A DNA stretch of 64,000 nucleotides from Coriobacteriia bacterium. Its GTDB lineage: Bacteria; Actinomycetota; Coriobacteriia; Anaerosomatales; Anaerosomataceae. A program made the position numbers and the translations under genes. Below, in pieces: positions 1 to 8,992 of this stretch (positions are counted from its first letter, which is position 1; every line of letters begins with the position of its first letter). The notes under the pieces were generated by a model, which was not told the DNA's origin, ran no database searches, and saw only the letters and a program-made list of their open reading frames with translations. The DNA is taken from assembly GCA_016938135.1 (NCBI GenBank), contig JAFGVD010000019.1, positions 9,831 through 73,830 of the forward strand, in the 5' to 3' direction.

Positions 1-831
1 CGCTTCGTTGACCTCGAACAGGCCCAGGTCGCTGCCACCAGAGATGGAGAGCAGCACGCCCTGCGCACCCTCGATGCTCGACTCGAGAAGCGGGCTGGAT
101 ATCGCAGCCTTCGCCGCTTCATGCGCCCGGTTCTCGCCGGTGGCAAGACCGATGCCCATAAGAGCCGAACCGGCGTCCTGCATGATGGTACGAACATCTG
201 CAAAGTCGAGGTTGATCAGACCCGGAACGGTGATGAGGTCGGTGATGCCCTGGGTGCCCTGACGAAGCACGTCGTCGGCGATCCGGAAGGCGTCCAGTAT
301 CGAGGTCTTCTTCTCCGCGACCTGGAGCAAGCGGTCGTTCGGAATGATGATCAGCGTGTCAACGTGCTCTTTGAGGCGCTTGATGCCCTCCTCGGCCTGC
401 AGCGCGCGCTTGCGACCTTCAAAAGCGAACGGTCGCGTGACTACCGCAACCGTCAAAGCACCGATTTCTTCTTTTGCGATCTGAGCGATGACCGGCGCAG
501 CACCGGTACCGGTGCCTCCACCTTCACCCGCGGTGATGAACACCATATCCGCACCTTGAAGCGCTTCTTTGATCTCGGCCTTGTTCTCATCGGCTGCCTG
601 ATAGCCCACATCCGGGTCGGCTCCAGCGCCAAGACCTTTGGTCAGCCCAACGCCGACATGTACTTTGTAGTCCGCATCCGACATGAGCAGCGCCTGCGCA
701 TCAGTGTTGACTGCAATGAATTCGACGCCCTTCACGTTGGCTTCGACCATACGGTTGACCGCGTTGGTCCCGCCGCCACCCACACCGACGACCTTGATGA
801 CCGCGAGGTAGTTCGCCCCCGTATCCAGCAT
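1..831 (-). CDS. ftsZ: Cell division GTPase FtsZ, N-terminal 277 codons; C-terminus lies beyond the window start
   Basis: Absent from the ORF track because the frame is open at position 1. My translation of the minus strand from ATG 831 gives [37 protein letters not shown]..., and later [20 protein letters not shown] (FtsZ/tubulin GGGTGTG signature). SD GGGAGGA lies 6 nt upstream. The 316-aa plus-strand ORF 121..1071 is its antisense shadow. Confidence 0.95.
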   Translation of the reverse strand, partial: MLDTGANYLAVIKVVGVGGGGTNAVNRMVEANVKGVEFIAVNTDAQALLMSDADYKVHVGVGLTKGLGAGADPDVGYQAADENKAEIKEALQGADMVFITAGEGGGTGTGAAPVIAQIAKEEIGALTVAVVTRPFAFEGRKRALQAEEGIKRLKEHVDTLIIIPNDRLLQVAEKKTSILDAFRIADDVLRQGTQGITDLITVPGLINLDFADVRTIMQDAGSALMGIGLATGENRAHEAAKAAISSPLLESSIEGAQGVLLSISGGSDLGLFEVNEA

Positions 832-919
832 CTGTGTTCCTCCCAAAGCCGATTGTTGGCCTTGTCTAAACCTCAGGTTTACGTATACTGTTCAATAGCA
901 AATGTCAATCTTGACACAA

Positions 920-948
920 ACCTTACTCTAGAGACAAGGCGTTTGCAA
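920..948 (-). promoter_or_regulatory. Candidate internal ftsZ promoter TTGCAA-17 nt-TAAGGT in the ftsQ-ftsZ spacer
   Basis: Minus-strand reading is GAGAAAGTGTTGCAAACGCCTTGTCTCTAGAGTAAGGTTTG. The -35 TTGCAA is at 943-948 and the -10 TAAGGT (TAnnnT) at 920-925, with a spacer of exactly 17 nt. The architecture and -35 match the mraZ promoter at 15729-15757. Hexamer-level evidence only. Confidence 0.35.
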
Positions 949-1024
949 CACTTTCTCACGGCAACTGGAATCGCACTGCACTCCGCGCAGAGAGAGCAGC
1001 ACCATTCCCGAATACACAGCTACG

Positions 1025-1993
1025 TCATAGCCCCCGGGACACTGGGTTATCGACAGACCGAACGTCGATGAAGATGACCTTCCCTGCCTGCTCAGTCATG
1101 ATGCTCAGCGCCAGAAACGCCTTCTGCTCCAGGTCGACTGCCTCCCCTATGAGTATCTCGATCGCGTCAGTCGTAAGCAGGGTGGTCTCATCAACACTGG
1201 GCGCGGAAATCGCACGGACCTTCTCCTTGAGCTCCTCACTGATCCCTGTGAGCACCGCAAGGGAATTGTCGAGAGTATCCGACGAAGACTCGCGGCCCGG
1301 CTTTGGATCGAGTCCCTGAACGTCGCGGATCACAACCAGGGTAGCGCTCTCTTCAAAAGACTGCTCCCCGAGCACCATCCCTGAAGCGTCTACCACCCAG
1401 AACTTGTCTCCTGTGTCTACAAGAGCCACGGGCGTCCGTTCAGTGACCCTGATCAGCAACGTGTCCGGGAAATCCCTTGTGACTGTCACAGACTCTATCC
1501 ACGGGTCACTCTCAAGTCGCTCAACGATATCTCCTCCGGGATACCGCAACAGCGTGGCGTCCCCGGGCACAGCGGCAAGCGTCTGCACCTCCTCGGCCGT
1601 CAACTGAGAGACACCCTCGACCTCGATAGTCTGAATCGTGAACAGCGGCGCGCGATACAGCGCGATGGCTCCGACGATGACCGCCACAAGCGAGACTCCA
1701 ACGACCAGGACCCGCGTGCGACGCTTCTTCGAACGCTCAGCTAGACGTCGAGCTCGCTCCTCCCGCTTGGCACGTGCTGCGGCGTCTCCCATGCGTGCGG
1801 CGTTGCCGCCTCGAGCAGAAGACGGTGTACGGCGACGCCCCTGAGCAGCGGCTTTCGGTCTTTCCTCAACCTTAGGTTTAGGCTGTGGCTCGGCACTGGC
1901 GCGTCGGCTCGGCACGCCTGTTCCTACGTGCACCTTTTTGCGATTACCCGAGTTCGCCGAGGAACCGGATCTCTGGTTTGAGGTCGATGCCAT
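1025..1993 (-). CDS. ftsQ: Cell division protein FtsQ (POTRA domain) with long basic disordered N-terminus
   Basis: 322 aa. Lys/Arg/Pro-rich N-terminus, one TM (VLVVGVSLVAVIVGAIALY), then a POTRA/FtsQ-like region (FTIQTIEVEGVSQLTAEEV, FPDTLLIRVTERTPVALV). SD GAAGGA lies 5 nt before ATG 1993. Sits between murB and ftsZ. Confidence 0.85.
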   Translation of the reverse strand: MASTSNQRSGSSANSGNRKKVHVGTGVPSRRASAEPQPKPKVEERPKAAAQGRRRTPSSARGGNAARMGDAAARAKREERARRLAERSKKRRTRVLVVGVSLVAVIVGAIALYRAPLFTIQTIEVEGVSQLTAEEVQTLAAVPGDATLLRYPGGDIVERLESDPWIESVTVTRDFPDTLLIRVTERTPVALVDTGDKFWVVDASGMVLGEQSFEESATLVVIRDVQGLDPKPGRESSSDTLDNSLAVLTGISEELKEKVRAISAPSVDETTLLTTDAIEILIGEAVDLEQKAFLALSIMTEQAGKVIFIDVRSVDNPVSRGL

Positions 1994-2855
1994 ACGTATC
2001 CTTCACAGTCATCTGTATCTTCCCGACAAGTCCAAGCACGTCCGCAGCGGTCGCCCCGCCGTCGTTGACGATGAAGTTGGCGTGTACGTTCGACACGCAC
2101 GCTCCACCCAATCTCATCCCTTTGAGTCCGGCTGATTCGATCAAACGTCCTGCCGAATCGCCCTCAGGATTGACGAACACGCTCCCCGCACTCGCGACAC
2201 CAATGGGCTGCGTCTGCCTCCTGCGAGACAAAGACGCCTCCATCTCCGCACGGATTCGTGCCGGGGCTGCAGGTGAGAGATGCAACACACTCTCAAGTAT
2301 GACACCCCGCTCACGCAGACCGGACGTGCGATACGCCCAACGTATCTCATCACCGCGTAGGCGAATCAGGCCATCGCCAGGCACGAACAGAGTGACCGAC
2401 TCGGTCACCGCACCGATCCATTGCTCCCGTGAGCCCGCGTTCATGGCAAGCGCACCACCAACGGTGCCGGGTATACCTACGGCGAATTCCATGCCACCCA
2501 GACTCTGAGCAAGAGCATCCTGCACCACGTAGGCGAGGATGCATGCAGCCCCGGCCTCAAGGCGGTTGCCGTCCCGAAGGTGCTTCTTGAACTGCTTGCC
2601 CAGAACGACTACAGCTCCCCTGTATCCTTCGTCAGAGACCAGGAGATTGGAGCCCTTGCCAAGTGCGGTATAGGGTATGTGCTCTTCGGTGAGGACTGTG
2701 AGCGTCTCGGCGACATCGGCGGTGGTCTCACAGACTACATAGACATCCGCAGGACCACCTATGCGAAACGAGGTATGTTTCGCCATCGGCTCATTGCGGC
2801 GCACCTCGCCTGAGACTGTGCGCGCCAAACGACTGTATGCGGCGGCTAGCGACAC
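1944..2855 (-). CDS. murB: UDP-N-acetylenolpyruvoylglucosamine reductase MurB
   Basis: 303 aa. MurB-type FAD-binding N-terminus (HTSFRIGGPADVYV, LGKGSNLLV) and C-terminal GGACVSNVHANFIVN. dcw position. Confidence 0.93.
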   Translation of the reverse strand: MSLAAAYSRLARTVSGEVRRNEPMAKHTSFRIGGPADVYVVCETTADVAETLTVLTEEHIPYTALGKGSNLLVSDEGYRGAVVVLGKQFKKHLRDGNRLEAGAACILAYVVQDALAQSLGGMEFAVGIPGTVGGALAMNAGSREQWIGAVTESVTLFVPGDGLIRLRGDEIRWAYRTSGLRERGVILESVLHLSPAAPARIRAEMEASLSRRRQTQPIGVASAGSVFVNPEGDSAGRLIESAGLKGMRLGGACVSNVHANFIVNDGGATAADVLGLVGKIQMTVKDTYGIDLKPEIRFLGELG

Positions 2856-4249
2856 ACGACCTCCCCTGCTCCACCGTCGCGAGCGCCTATCTCACGCACC
2901 AGTTCCCCACCCAGGGTAGTAACATCGCCGGCGCCCATCGTCAACACAAGATCACCCGGACGCACGCGATCGGCGACATAGCTCGCGATATCGGCGCGGT
3001 GCGGGAAGTACGCCATTCGCGCATGCGGCGTGTGATCGAGCACGGCATTGAGCACCGTCTTCCCCGATACGCCGGGCATCGGCGCTTCACCCGCACTGTA
3101 GACATCCATCAGCACGACCTGATCGGCCTGGGTGAACGAGATACCAAAGTCCGACTTCAGCGCTTCAGTGCGACTATAGCGATGCGGCTGGAAGATGACC
3201 CATACACGATCGAACGCCCCTTGCCGCGCTGCGGCAAGAGTGGCGCGGACCTCGGTGGGATGATGCGCGTAGTCGTCGACCACGGTCACGCCGCTCATCA
3301 CGCCCACTTCGTCGAAACGACGACGCACACCGCTGAAGCGCTCGAGTGCTGACGCAGCGGCGGCGGTATCCAGACCGAGAGCCCATATGGTCGCCAAGAC
3401 GCCCGTTGCGTTGACCACATTGTGAACTCCGGGAACCCGGACGTGAGCCTCACATGAGGTGCCATCAGGGAACGTCACCGTGAACCGGTGGCCCAGTCCC
3501 ACGGGCTCCAGCGCGGTACTGCGCACATCGCAAAGATCGCTCGTGCCATAGGTGACCACACGACGACCCTTGGTCTCACGTGCCAGCCCGGGCAGCCCGG
3601 GGTCATCTCCGCATACAACGGCCGTACCGTCTGCGGGTACCTTAGCCAGGAACGCCCTGAACGTATCAACGACCTCGGCCAGGTCTTTGTAGTGGTCGAG
3701 ATGGTCTGCCTCGACGTTGGTTACCAGCGCGACATGCGGGTCCATGTACAGAAACGAACCGTCTGACTCGTCTGCTTCTACCACATAGTAGTCACCCGTA
3801 CCGCAGCGGGCGTTCGCGCCCATGTCGTTGAGCTCTCCCCCGATGAGGAACGTGGGGTCCAGCCCCATCCCGTCGATAACGGTCGCCAGCATCGAACTCG
3901 TCGTCGTCTTGCCGTGAGTACCGGCCACGGCAAGCGTCTTATCCGAACCCGCCAGGTGCGCCAGCATCTTCGCCCTTGGCCAGACTTCGATACCCCGTCG
4001 GCGAGCCTCCGCCAGCTCGGGGTTCGATTCAGGGATCGCTGAGGAGACCACGACGACTTCAGGATCACCAAGATTGGCCGCGTCGTGTCCGATATACACC
4101 ACCATCCCCGCCTCCTGAAGCGCCGTGGCGTAACGCGAGGCCTTCAGATCCGAACCGGTCACGGTGATGCCCCGGTCATGCAGGACACGGGCGATGCCGC
4201 TCATGCCGGCACCACCCACTCCTATGAAATGCGCGTATGTTGCGCTCAC
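2846..4249 (-). CDS. murC: UDP-N-acetylmuramate--L-alanine ligase MurC
   Basis: Mur ligase motifs HFIGVGGAGMSGIA and GTHGKTTTSSM. The ORF-track form (to 4492) carries an 81-aa Cys/Arg/Trp-rich extension overlapping murG. I trimmed it to GTG 4249, which is preceded by GGAAGGAGA. Confidence 0.9.
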   Translation of the reverse strand: MSATYAHFIGVGGAGMSGIARVLHDRGITVTGSDLKASRYATALQEAGMVVYIGHDAANLGDPEVVVVSSAIPESNPELAEARRRGIEVWPRAKMLAHLAGSDKTLAVAGTHGKTTTSSMLATVIDGMGLDPTFLIGGELNDMGANARCGTGDYYVVEADESDGSFLYMDPHVALVTNVEADHLDHYKDLAEVVDTFRAFLAKVPADGTAVVCGDDPGLPGLARETKGRRVVTYGTSDLCDVRSTALEPVGLGHRFTVTFPDGTSCEAHVRVPGVHNVVNATGVLATIWALGLDTAAAASALERFSGVRRRFDEVGVMSGVTVVDDYAHHPTEVRATLAAARQGAFDRVWVIFQPHRYSRTEALKSDFGISFTQADQVVLMDVYSAGEAPMPGVSGKTVLNAVLDHTPHARMAYFPHRADIASYVADRVRPGDLVLTMGAGDVTTLGGELVREIGARDGGAGEVVCR

Positions 4250-4286
4250 GCGTCTCCTTCCAGAAAGCTCATGACAAGAGCCGATA

Positions 4287-5387
4287 TCATCTACTCCCGG
4301 CCGACTGCAACAACAACGTAGCCAGCTCTCGGGCCGCGTCAGGTCTGCCCAGTTCCTTTGAAGCTGCCGCCATCCGCACGCGCTGCGCCGCATCGGTGAG
4401 CAACTCTCGCAACCGGCGGGCAAAAGACTCCGAATCCAGCTCGGCGTCAGCGACCATGATCGCTCCACCGCCCTGGGCGACCGCTCTGGCATTCAGCGTC
4501 TGATGATCGTCTGTCGCGTACGGATACGGGACGAGCACCGCCGCCCTGCCGATCGCGGTTATCTCGGCGATCGACGTCGCACCTGCCCGTGCCAAGATCG
4601 CGTCGCAGGCAGCGATGGCGTCACCCATGCCCTCAATGTACTCGAAGACGTGGTAGCGTTCCGAACCATCACCGATCGCGGTGATCCTCTCCTGAACCGA
4701 AGCGGCCTCAATCCTACCCGCGACATGTACTACCTGCAAACCGCTGATGTCCATCAAAGAAGGCCAGAGCGCCACCATCGTGTCGTTGATGTGACGCGCT
4801 CCCCTGCTCCCTCCGAAGACGAGGAGCACGACCGCGTCTGCCGGGATCTCCAACTGCGCGCGCCCGGTCGACCTATCTGCCGAGAGAACCGCCGACCGCA
4901 CCGGGTTGCCCGTGAGCACCGCGCGCTCCGGCCGCTTCAGGTGTGACCGCGACTCTTCGTAAGTGATCGCCACTGCGCGAGCCCAGCGGGAAAGCAACCG
5001 GTTGGCAAGCCCGGGAACCGAGTTCTGCTCGGCCAGGACCAGCGGCGTGCGGGTCAGAAGCGCTGCTACTCCCACCGGTAGCGAGACGTAGCCGCCAAAA
5101 CCCGACACGACATCCGGGCGATATCGACGGACAAGAGCCACTGCCCGCACAAGTGACGCAAGAACGGTCAGGCCGGCCGTGACCAGGGTCCACGGACGCG
5201 CCCGATCGAACCCCTTTGACGGCACCGAGAAGAACTCAACGCCCGCCTCAGGGACGAGACGGGCCTCAAGACCGTGCGGCGTGCCGACGAATCCTACTTC
5301 ATGCCCGCCGTCGGCTAGCTGCTCGGCCACCGTCAATGCCGGATAGATGTGACCCGCTGTTCCTCCGCCGCTCATCAGTACTCGCAC
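4287..5387 (-). CDS. murG: Lipid II synthase MurG (UDP-GlcNAc transferase)
   Basis: N-terminus (V)RVLMSGGGTAGHIYPAL is the canonical MurG G-loop. Start placed at GTG 5387 (AAGGGA 7 nt upstream); the ORF track starts two codons earlier, at GTG 5393. Confidence 0.92.
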   Translation of the reverse strand: MRVLMSGGGTAGHIYPALTVAEQLADGGHEVGFVGTPHGLEARLVPEAGVEFFSVPSKGFDRARPWTLVTAGLTVLASLVRAVALVRRYRPDVVSGFGGYVSLPVGVAALLTRTPLVLAEQNSVPGLANRLLSRWARAVAITYEESRSHLKRPERAVLTGNPVRSAVLSADRSTGRAQLEIPADAVVLLVFGGSRGARHINDTMVALWPSLMDISGLQVVHVAGRIEAASVQERITAIGDGSERYHVFEYIEGMGDAIAACDAILARAGATSIAEITAIGRAAVLVPYPYATDDHQTLNARAVAQGGGAIMVADAELDSESFARRLRELLTDAAQRVRMAAASKELGRPDAARELATLLLQSAGSR

Positions 5388-6561
5388 GCGCACTTCCCTT
5401 GCTCTCGGAGATACTCTTACCCTTGGCGCGTCCAGCCCCCTTGGAATGTCTGGAGACCGCTACGATAAGGCCGATACAGCCCATGGTGAACGTCAGTGAA
5501 GAACCGCCGTAGCTGACCAGCGGCAACGGGATGCCTGTGATCGGCATAAGCCCGGTGACGGCGGCCATGTTCATCACCGCCTGCGTCGCGATCATCGCCG
5601 TAAGCCCACCGGCCATCAGTCGGCCGAAGGGGTCCTTGCAGTCAAGCGCGATACGTGTGCCCGCATAGGCGAACACGACGAACGCCGCCACGACTCCGAT
5701 AGTACCCAACAGGCCCGCTTCCTCACCGATGATCGCGAAGATGAAGTCGGTGTGCGCGGCAGGCAGATACGAGAACTTCTGCCGAGACAACCCAAGACCC
5801 ACACCCGTGATGCCGCCGGAGCCGAACGCGTAGATAGCCTGAATGATCTGATACCCGGTCCCCAGAGGGTCCGTCCAGGGGTCGAGAAAACCGGTCACGC
5901 GATCCATGCGGTAGCCTTCGACATAGATCATGAGAACCGCCAACGCGGTCCCCCCGACACCCGTGGTAAACAGAACGCGCCAGTCGATGCCGCCCAGCCA
6001 CAGCAGCAGAAACACCGCGATCAGAATCGACATCGTGGTACCCATGTCAGGCTGGAGCATGACCAGCACGACCACCGGCGTGAGCATCGATAGCAGCCGG
6101 ATCAAGAACTGCTTGCCGTCGATATCACGGCGGTTGTACTTGGCAAGCAGTACCGCCGTCACAAGCAGACACCCGAGTTTGGCGTATTCGGAGGGCTGCA
6201 GAGGGATCGAGCCCGCAAGCAACCAACGCTTTGCACCACCGGCCTCGATGCCGATAAATGGAACCAGCACAAGACCGATCAACGAGACCGCCCACACGGC
6301 CCATGCGCCCAGCTCCGCGTTGAGCAGCCCCTTCGTCCGGAAGTTCCATCGCGACGCGAGAAGTAGCGCCGCCGTGCCAAGAGCGACAAAGCGGAGCTGT
6401 CGCCAGAGATAGTAGTAGCTGTCTCCTTCTTTGACATACGCCGAGACAGAGGACGCCGAGTAAATCATCAGCAGCCCACCGAGAAGGAGCGCAATCGAGG
6501 CTCCTAAAAGCAAATACGTGGGTAAGCTCATCGCCTTCACGCGACGGGCCACCTCACTCAC
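5299..6561 (-). CDS. ftsW: SEDS-family peptidoglycan glycosyltransferase FtsW
   Basis: Polytopic protein with SEDS-like motifs (QPSEYAKL, MLQPDMGT, HTDFIFAIIGEE, PLPLVSYGGSS). Start is uncertain: GTG 6561 overlapping the murD stop, GTG 6549, or ATG 6531. The basic C-terminal tail overlaps murG by about 89 nt. Confidence 0.88.
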   Translation of the reverse strand: MSEVARRVKAMSLPTYLLLGASIALLLGGLLMIYSASSVSAYVKEGDSYYYLWRQLRFVALGTAALLLASRWNFRTKGLLNAELGAWAVWAVSLIGLVLVPFIGIEAGGAKRWLLAGSIPLQPSEYAKLGCLLVTAVLLAKYNRRDIDGKQFLIRLLSMLTPVVVLVMLQPDMGTTMSILIAVFLLLWLGGIDWRVLFTTGVGGTALAVLMIYVEGYRMDRVTGFLDPWTDPLGTGYQIIQAIYAFGSGGITGVGLGLSRQKFSYLPAAHTDFIFAIIGEEAGLLGTIGVVAAFVVFAYAGTRIALDCKDPFGRLMAGGLTAMIATQAVMNMAAVTGLMPITGIPLPLVSYGGSSLTFTMGCIGLIVAVSRHSKGAGRAKGKSISESKGSARASTDERRRNSGSHLSGIDGGRAASRRRA

Positions 6562-7939
6562 CGCCCTGGCCCATCGAAGCGACGATCTCCCTGAAGCGGT
6601 CACCGCGCTGTTCATAATCGTCGAACTGGTCGAACGAAGCACAGGCCGGAGAGAGCAATACGACATCGCCGGGATGAGCAAGCTCAAAGGCCGCGCGAGT
6701 CGCCTGCAACAGGTCTACCGTACGCACGATCACGAACTCCTCATCGCCGAACGCCGACGCTATGTCTGCAGCAGACTCGCCGAAGACAACGACCGCGCGG
6801 CAACGCTCGCGTACTTTCTCGGCAAGCGGGCGGAAGTCGTTACCCTTGTTGCGCCCCCCGAGGAGCACCACGACACCCCGGTCTGTAAACGACGTCAACG
6901 CCTTGAACACGGCATCAGGATTGGTTGCCTTGGAGTCATTGAAGAACTCCACCCCTCCGATGTCCCCAACAGGCTCTAGCCGATGCGCCACCGGCCTGAA
7001 CGTACGCAGGCCTGCCCGGACACCCTCAAGGCTTGCACCGGCCGCCAGCGCCGCAGCGGCAGCAGCCAGTGCGTTGCTGACGTTGTGTTCTCCTCGGATG
7101 AGAAGATCGTCGGTAGAGACGAGTTCCACGAGCGCATCGCCGTCATCCAGGCAAAGCATGCCGTCGACCACCGTAGCTCCGTACGGCAGCCTGAGGGTCT
7201 TGCTCACACGGCGTACGCGCACGCCCTGAGCCTCGACGAGATTCGCATAGGGAGCCGCACCTTCATCATCGATGTCGATCACAGCAGTGTCGCCCGCCTG
7301 CTGATTGGCGAACACCTTGGCCTTGTCGGAAGAGTAGACCTCCAGCGAACCGTGCCAATCGATGTGATCCGGCGTGATGTTCAGCAGGACTGACACACGC
7401 GGATGGAAGTCGTGGGTATACGCCAGCTGGAACGATGACACCTCGGTGACCAGGACCGTCGCCGGCCCCACCTCGGCGACAAGTCCCGTGGCGGGTGAAC
7501 CGATGTTGCCCACCGCTTCGCAAGGCACGCCGGACTCCCGCAGCAGATGCGCCACAAGCGAGGTGACCGTGGTCTTTCCATTGGTGCCGGTGATAGCCAC
7601 AAAAGGCGAGACCGCAAGTCGGTAGGCGAACTCGACCTCCGAGAGGATCGGCACTCCCAGCGCGACTGCGGTCAGCATCAGCGGGCTGCGCGGCGGGATG
7701 CCGGGGCTCACGACGATCAGGTCCACATCATCGGGAAGCTCAACCGTACCCAGGCGGACGTCGACGCCACATGCGTGCAGCGCTTCAGCTCGCTGCGCCA
7801 GACCCGGACCCTCTTTCGCATCGACCGCGCTTACGCGCACATCGATGCCGGAAGCCGCATCCGACGCGAGACGTTCCGCCACGGCCATCCCCGAACGACC
7901 GAGCCCCAGTACGAGCACATGTCCCGTGATGGCAGACAT
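6554..7939 (-). CDS. murD: UDP-N-acetylmuramoylalanine--D-glutamate ligase MurD
   Basis: 461 aa. N-terminal Rossmann motif VLGLGRSGMAV and Mur ligase P-loop ITGTNGKTTVTS. dcw position between mraY and ftsW. Confidence 0.93.
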   Translation of the reverse strand: MSAITGHVLVLGLGRSGMAVAERLASDAASGIDVRVSAVDAKEGPGLAQRAEALHACGVDVRLGTVELPDDVDLIVVSPGIPPRSPLMLTAVALGVPILSEVEFAYRLAVSPFVAITGTNGKTTVTSLVAHLLRESGVPCEAVGNIGSPATGLVAEVGPATVLVTEVSSFQLAYTHDFHPRVSVLLNITPDHIDWHGSLEVYSSDKAKVFANQQAGDTAVIDIDDEGAAPYANLVEAQGVRVRRVSKTLRLPYGATVVDGMLCLDDGDALVELVSTDDLLIRGEHNVSNALAAAAAALAAGASLEGVRAGLRTFRPVAHRLEPVGDIGGVEFFNDSKATNPDAVFKALTSFTDRGVVVLLGGRNKGNDFRPLAEKVRERCRAVVVFGESAADIASAFGDEEFVIVRTVDLLQATRAAFELAHPGDVVLLSPACASFDQFDDYEQRGDRFREIVASMGQGGE

Positions 7940-8992
7940 CTAGGTCCACACCGATCCCACGAAGTAGAGAGCGAAACCGCCGCCCGCCATGATCCCTGTG
8001 ATGATCCAGAAACGGACCATCACCTTGGTCTCGCTCCAACCCTTCATCTCAAAGTGGTGATGGATGGGGGCCATGCGAAAGATCCGCTTGCCGGTCAACT
8101 TGAAACTGGCGACTTGCAAGATGACCGAGAGACCCTCGATCACATAGATGCCGCCGATAAGCACGGAAAGCAGTTCCGTCTTCGTGACGATCGCCAGAGC
8201 GGCAACCGCAGCACCAAGGCCCAGAGAGCCGGTGTCGCCCATGAATATCTCGGCGGGGTAGCTGTTGTACCAGAGGAATCCTATGCAGGCACCCGCGATA
8301 GAGGATGCGAACAGCGCGACCTCAAGGTGGTTCTGGCGATAAGCGATGGCGGCAAACGCCAGCATGATGATCATCACCGTACCGGCGGCCAGGCCATCCA
8401 GACCGTCCGTGAGGTTCACGGTGTTCGAGAACGAGATGATCATGAAGAACACAAGGCCCACATACAGCCAGGGGATGCTCAACTCAAAACCACCGATCGG
8501 AAAGGTGCTCGCGACGACACCAAGGTCAAGCTCGGAACCGAACGGAAGAGCAACGACAGGTGAGATGTGTGCCCAGTTCACTGCAATGATGCCAAAACTC
8601 GCAGCGATCACCGCCTGCCCGAAGATCTTCGCTCTGGGGCGCAACCCCAAGGAGCGCTCGTGAACGACCTTGGCGTAGTCGTCTACGAACCCCAGCAAGC
8701 CACACCCGATCAGGACGATGAATGCGATGATGCCGAGGCGACCGACGTTGCCCATGCCCAGATAGACGATAGCCACCACGAGCAAGATCAAGACACCACC
8801 CATCGTGGGCGTGCCCTGCTTCACTAGATGACCTTGAGGTCCATCTGCACGGACTTGCTGACCGATGTTCCGGAACCGCAACAAGCGGATCCACAAAGGG
8901 AAGAGCATGCCGGACAGTAACATCGCAGCGATGGCAGCCAGAAAGACCTGGTAGGTAGGATAACGCGCTATGTCAGGTATAAAGTTAAACAT
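7940..8992 (-). CDS. mraY: Phospho-N-acetylmuramoyl-pentapeptide transferase MraY
   Basis: 350 aa polytopic protein. Motifs GTPTMGG, VDDYAKV, NTVNLTDGLDGLA, MGDTGSLGLG and PIHHHFE are all MraY hallmarks. Confidence 0.96.
   Translation of the reverse strand: MFNFIPDIARYPTYQVFLAAIAAMLLSGMLFPLWIRLLRFRNIGQQVRADGPQGHLVKQGTPTMGGVLILLVVAIVYLGMGNVGRLGIIAFIVLIGCGLLGFVDDYAKVVHERSLGLRPRAKIFGQAVIAASFGIIAVNWAHISPVVALPFGSELDLGVVASTFPIGGFELSIPWLYVGLVFFMIISFSNTVNLTDGLDGLAAGTVMIIMLAFAAIAYRQNHLEVALFASSIAGACIGFLWYNSYPAEIFMGDTGSLGLGAAVAALAIVTKTELLSVLIGGIYVIEGLSVILQVASFKLTGKRIFRMAPIHHHFEMKGWSETKVMVRFWIITGIMAGGGFALYFVGSVWT

Noticed and set aside
121-1071. 316-aa plus-strand ORF covering the first kilobase
   Set aside because: It is antisense to a textbook ftsZ reading frame ([21 protein letters not shown]) that the ORF track omitted only because it is open at the window edge. 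The product is Arg/His/Asp-rich low-complexity sequence with no recognisable motif.
2846-4492. N-terminal extensions in the ORF track for murC (81 aa), ftsW, mraZ, rsmH, ftsL-like, xerD, nusB, aroQ, aroC, pilO, pilT, the BMP lipoprotein, the 768-aa protein, the DUF4349 protein, dxs and the minor pilins
   Set aside because: The longest-ORF convention overshoots. In each case a downstream start matches the conserved family N-terminus, has a better SD or promoter, and removes an overlap with the upstream gene. Coordinates were trimmed accordingly, so the exact starts remain predictions.
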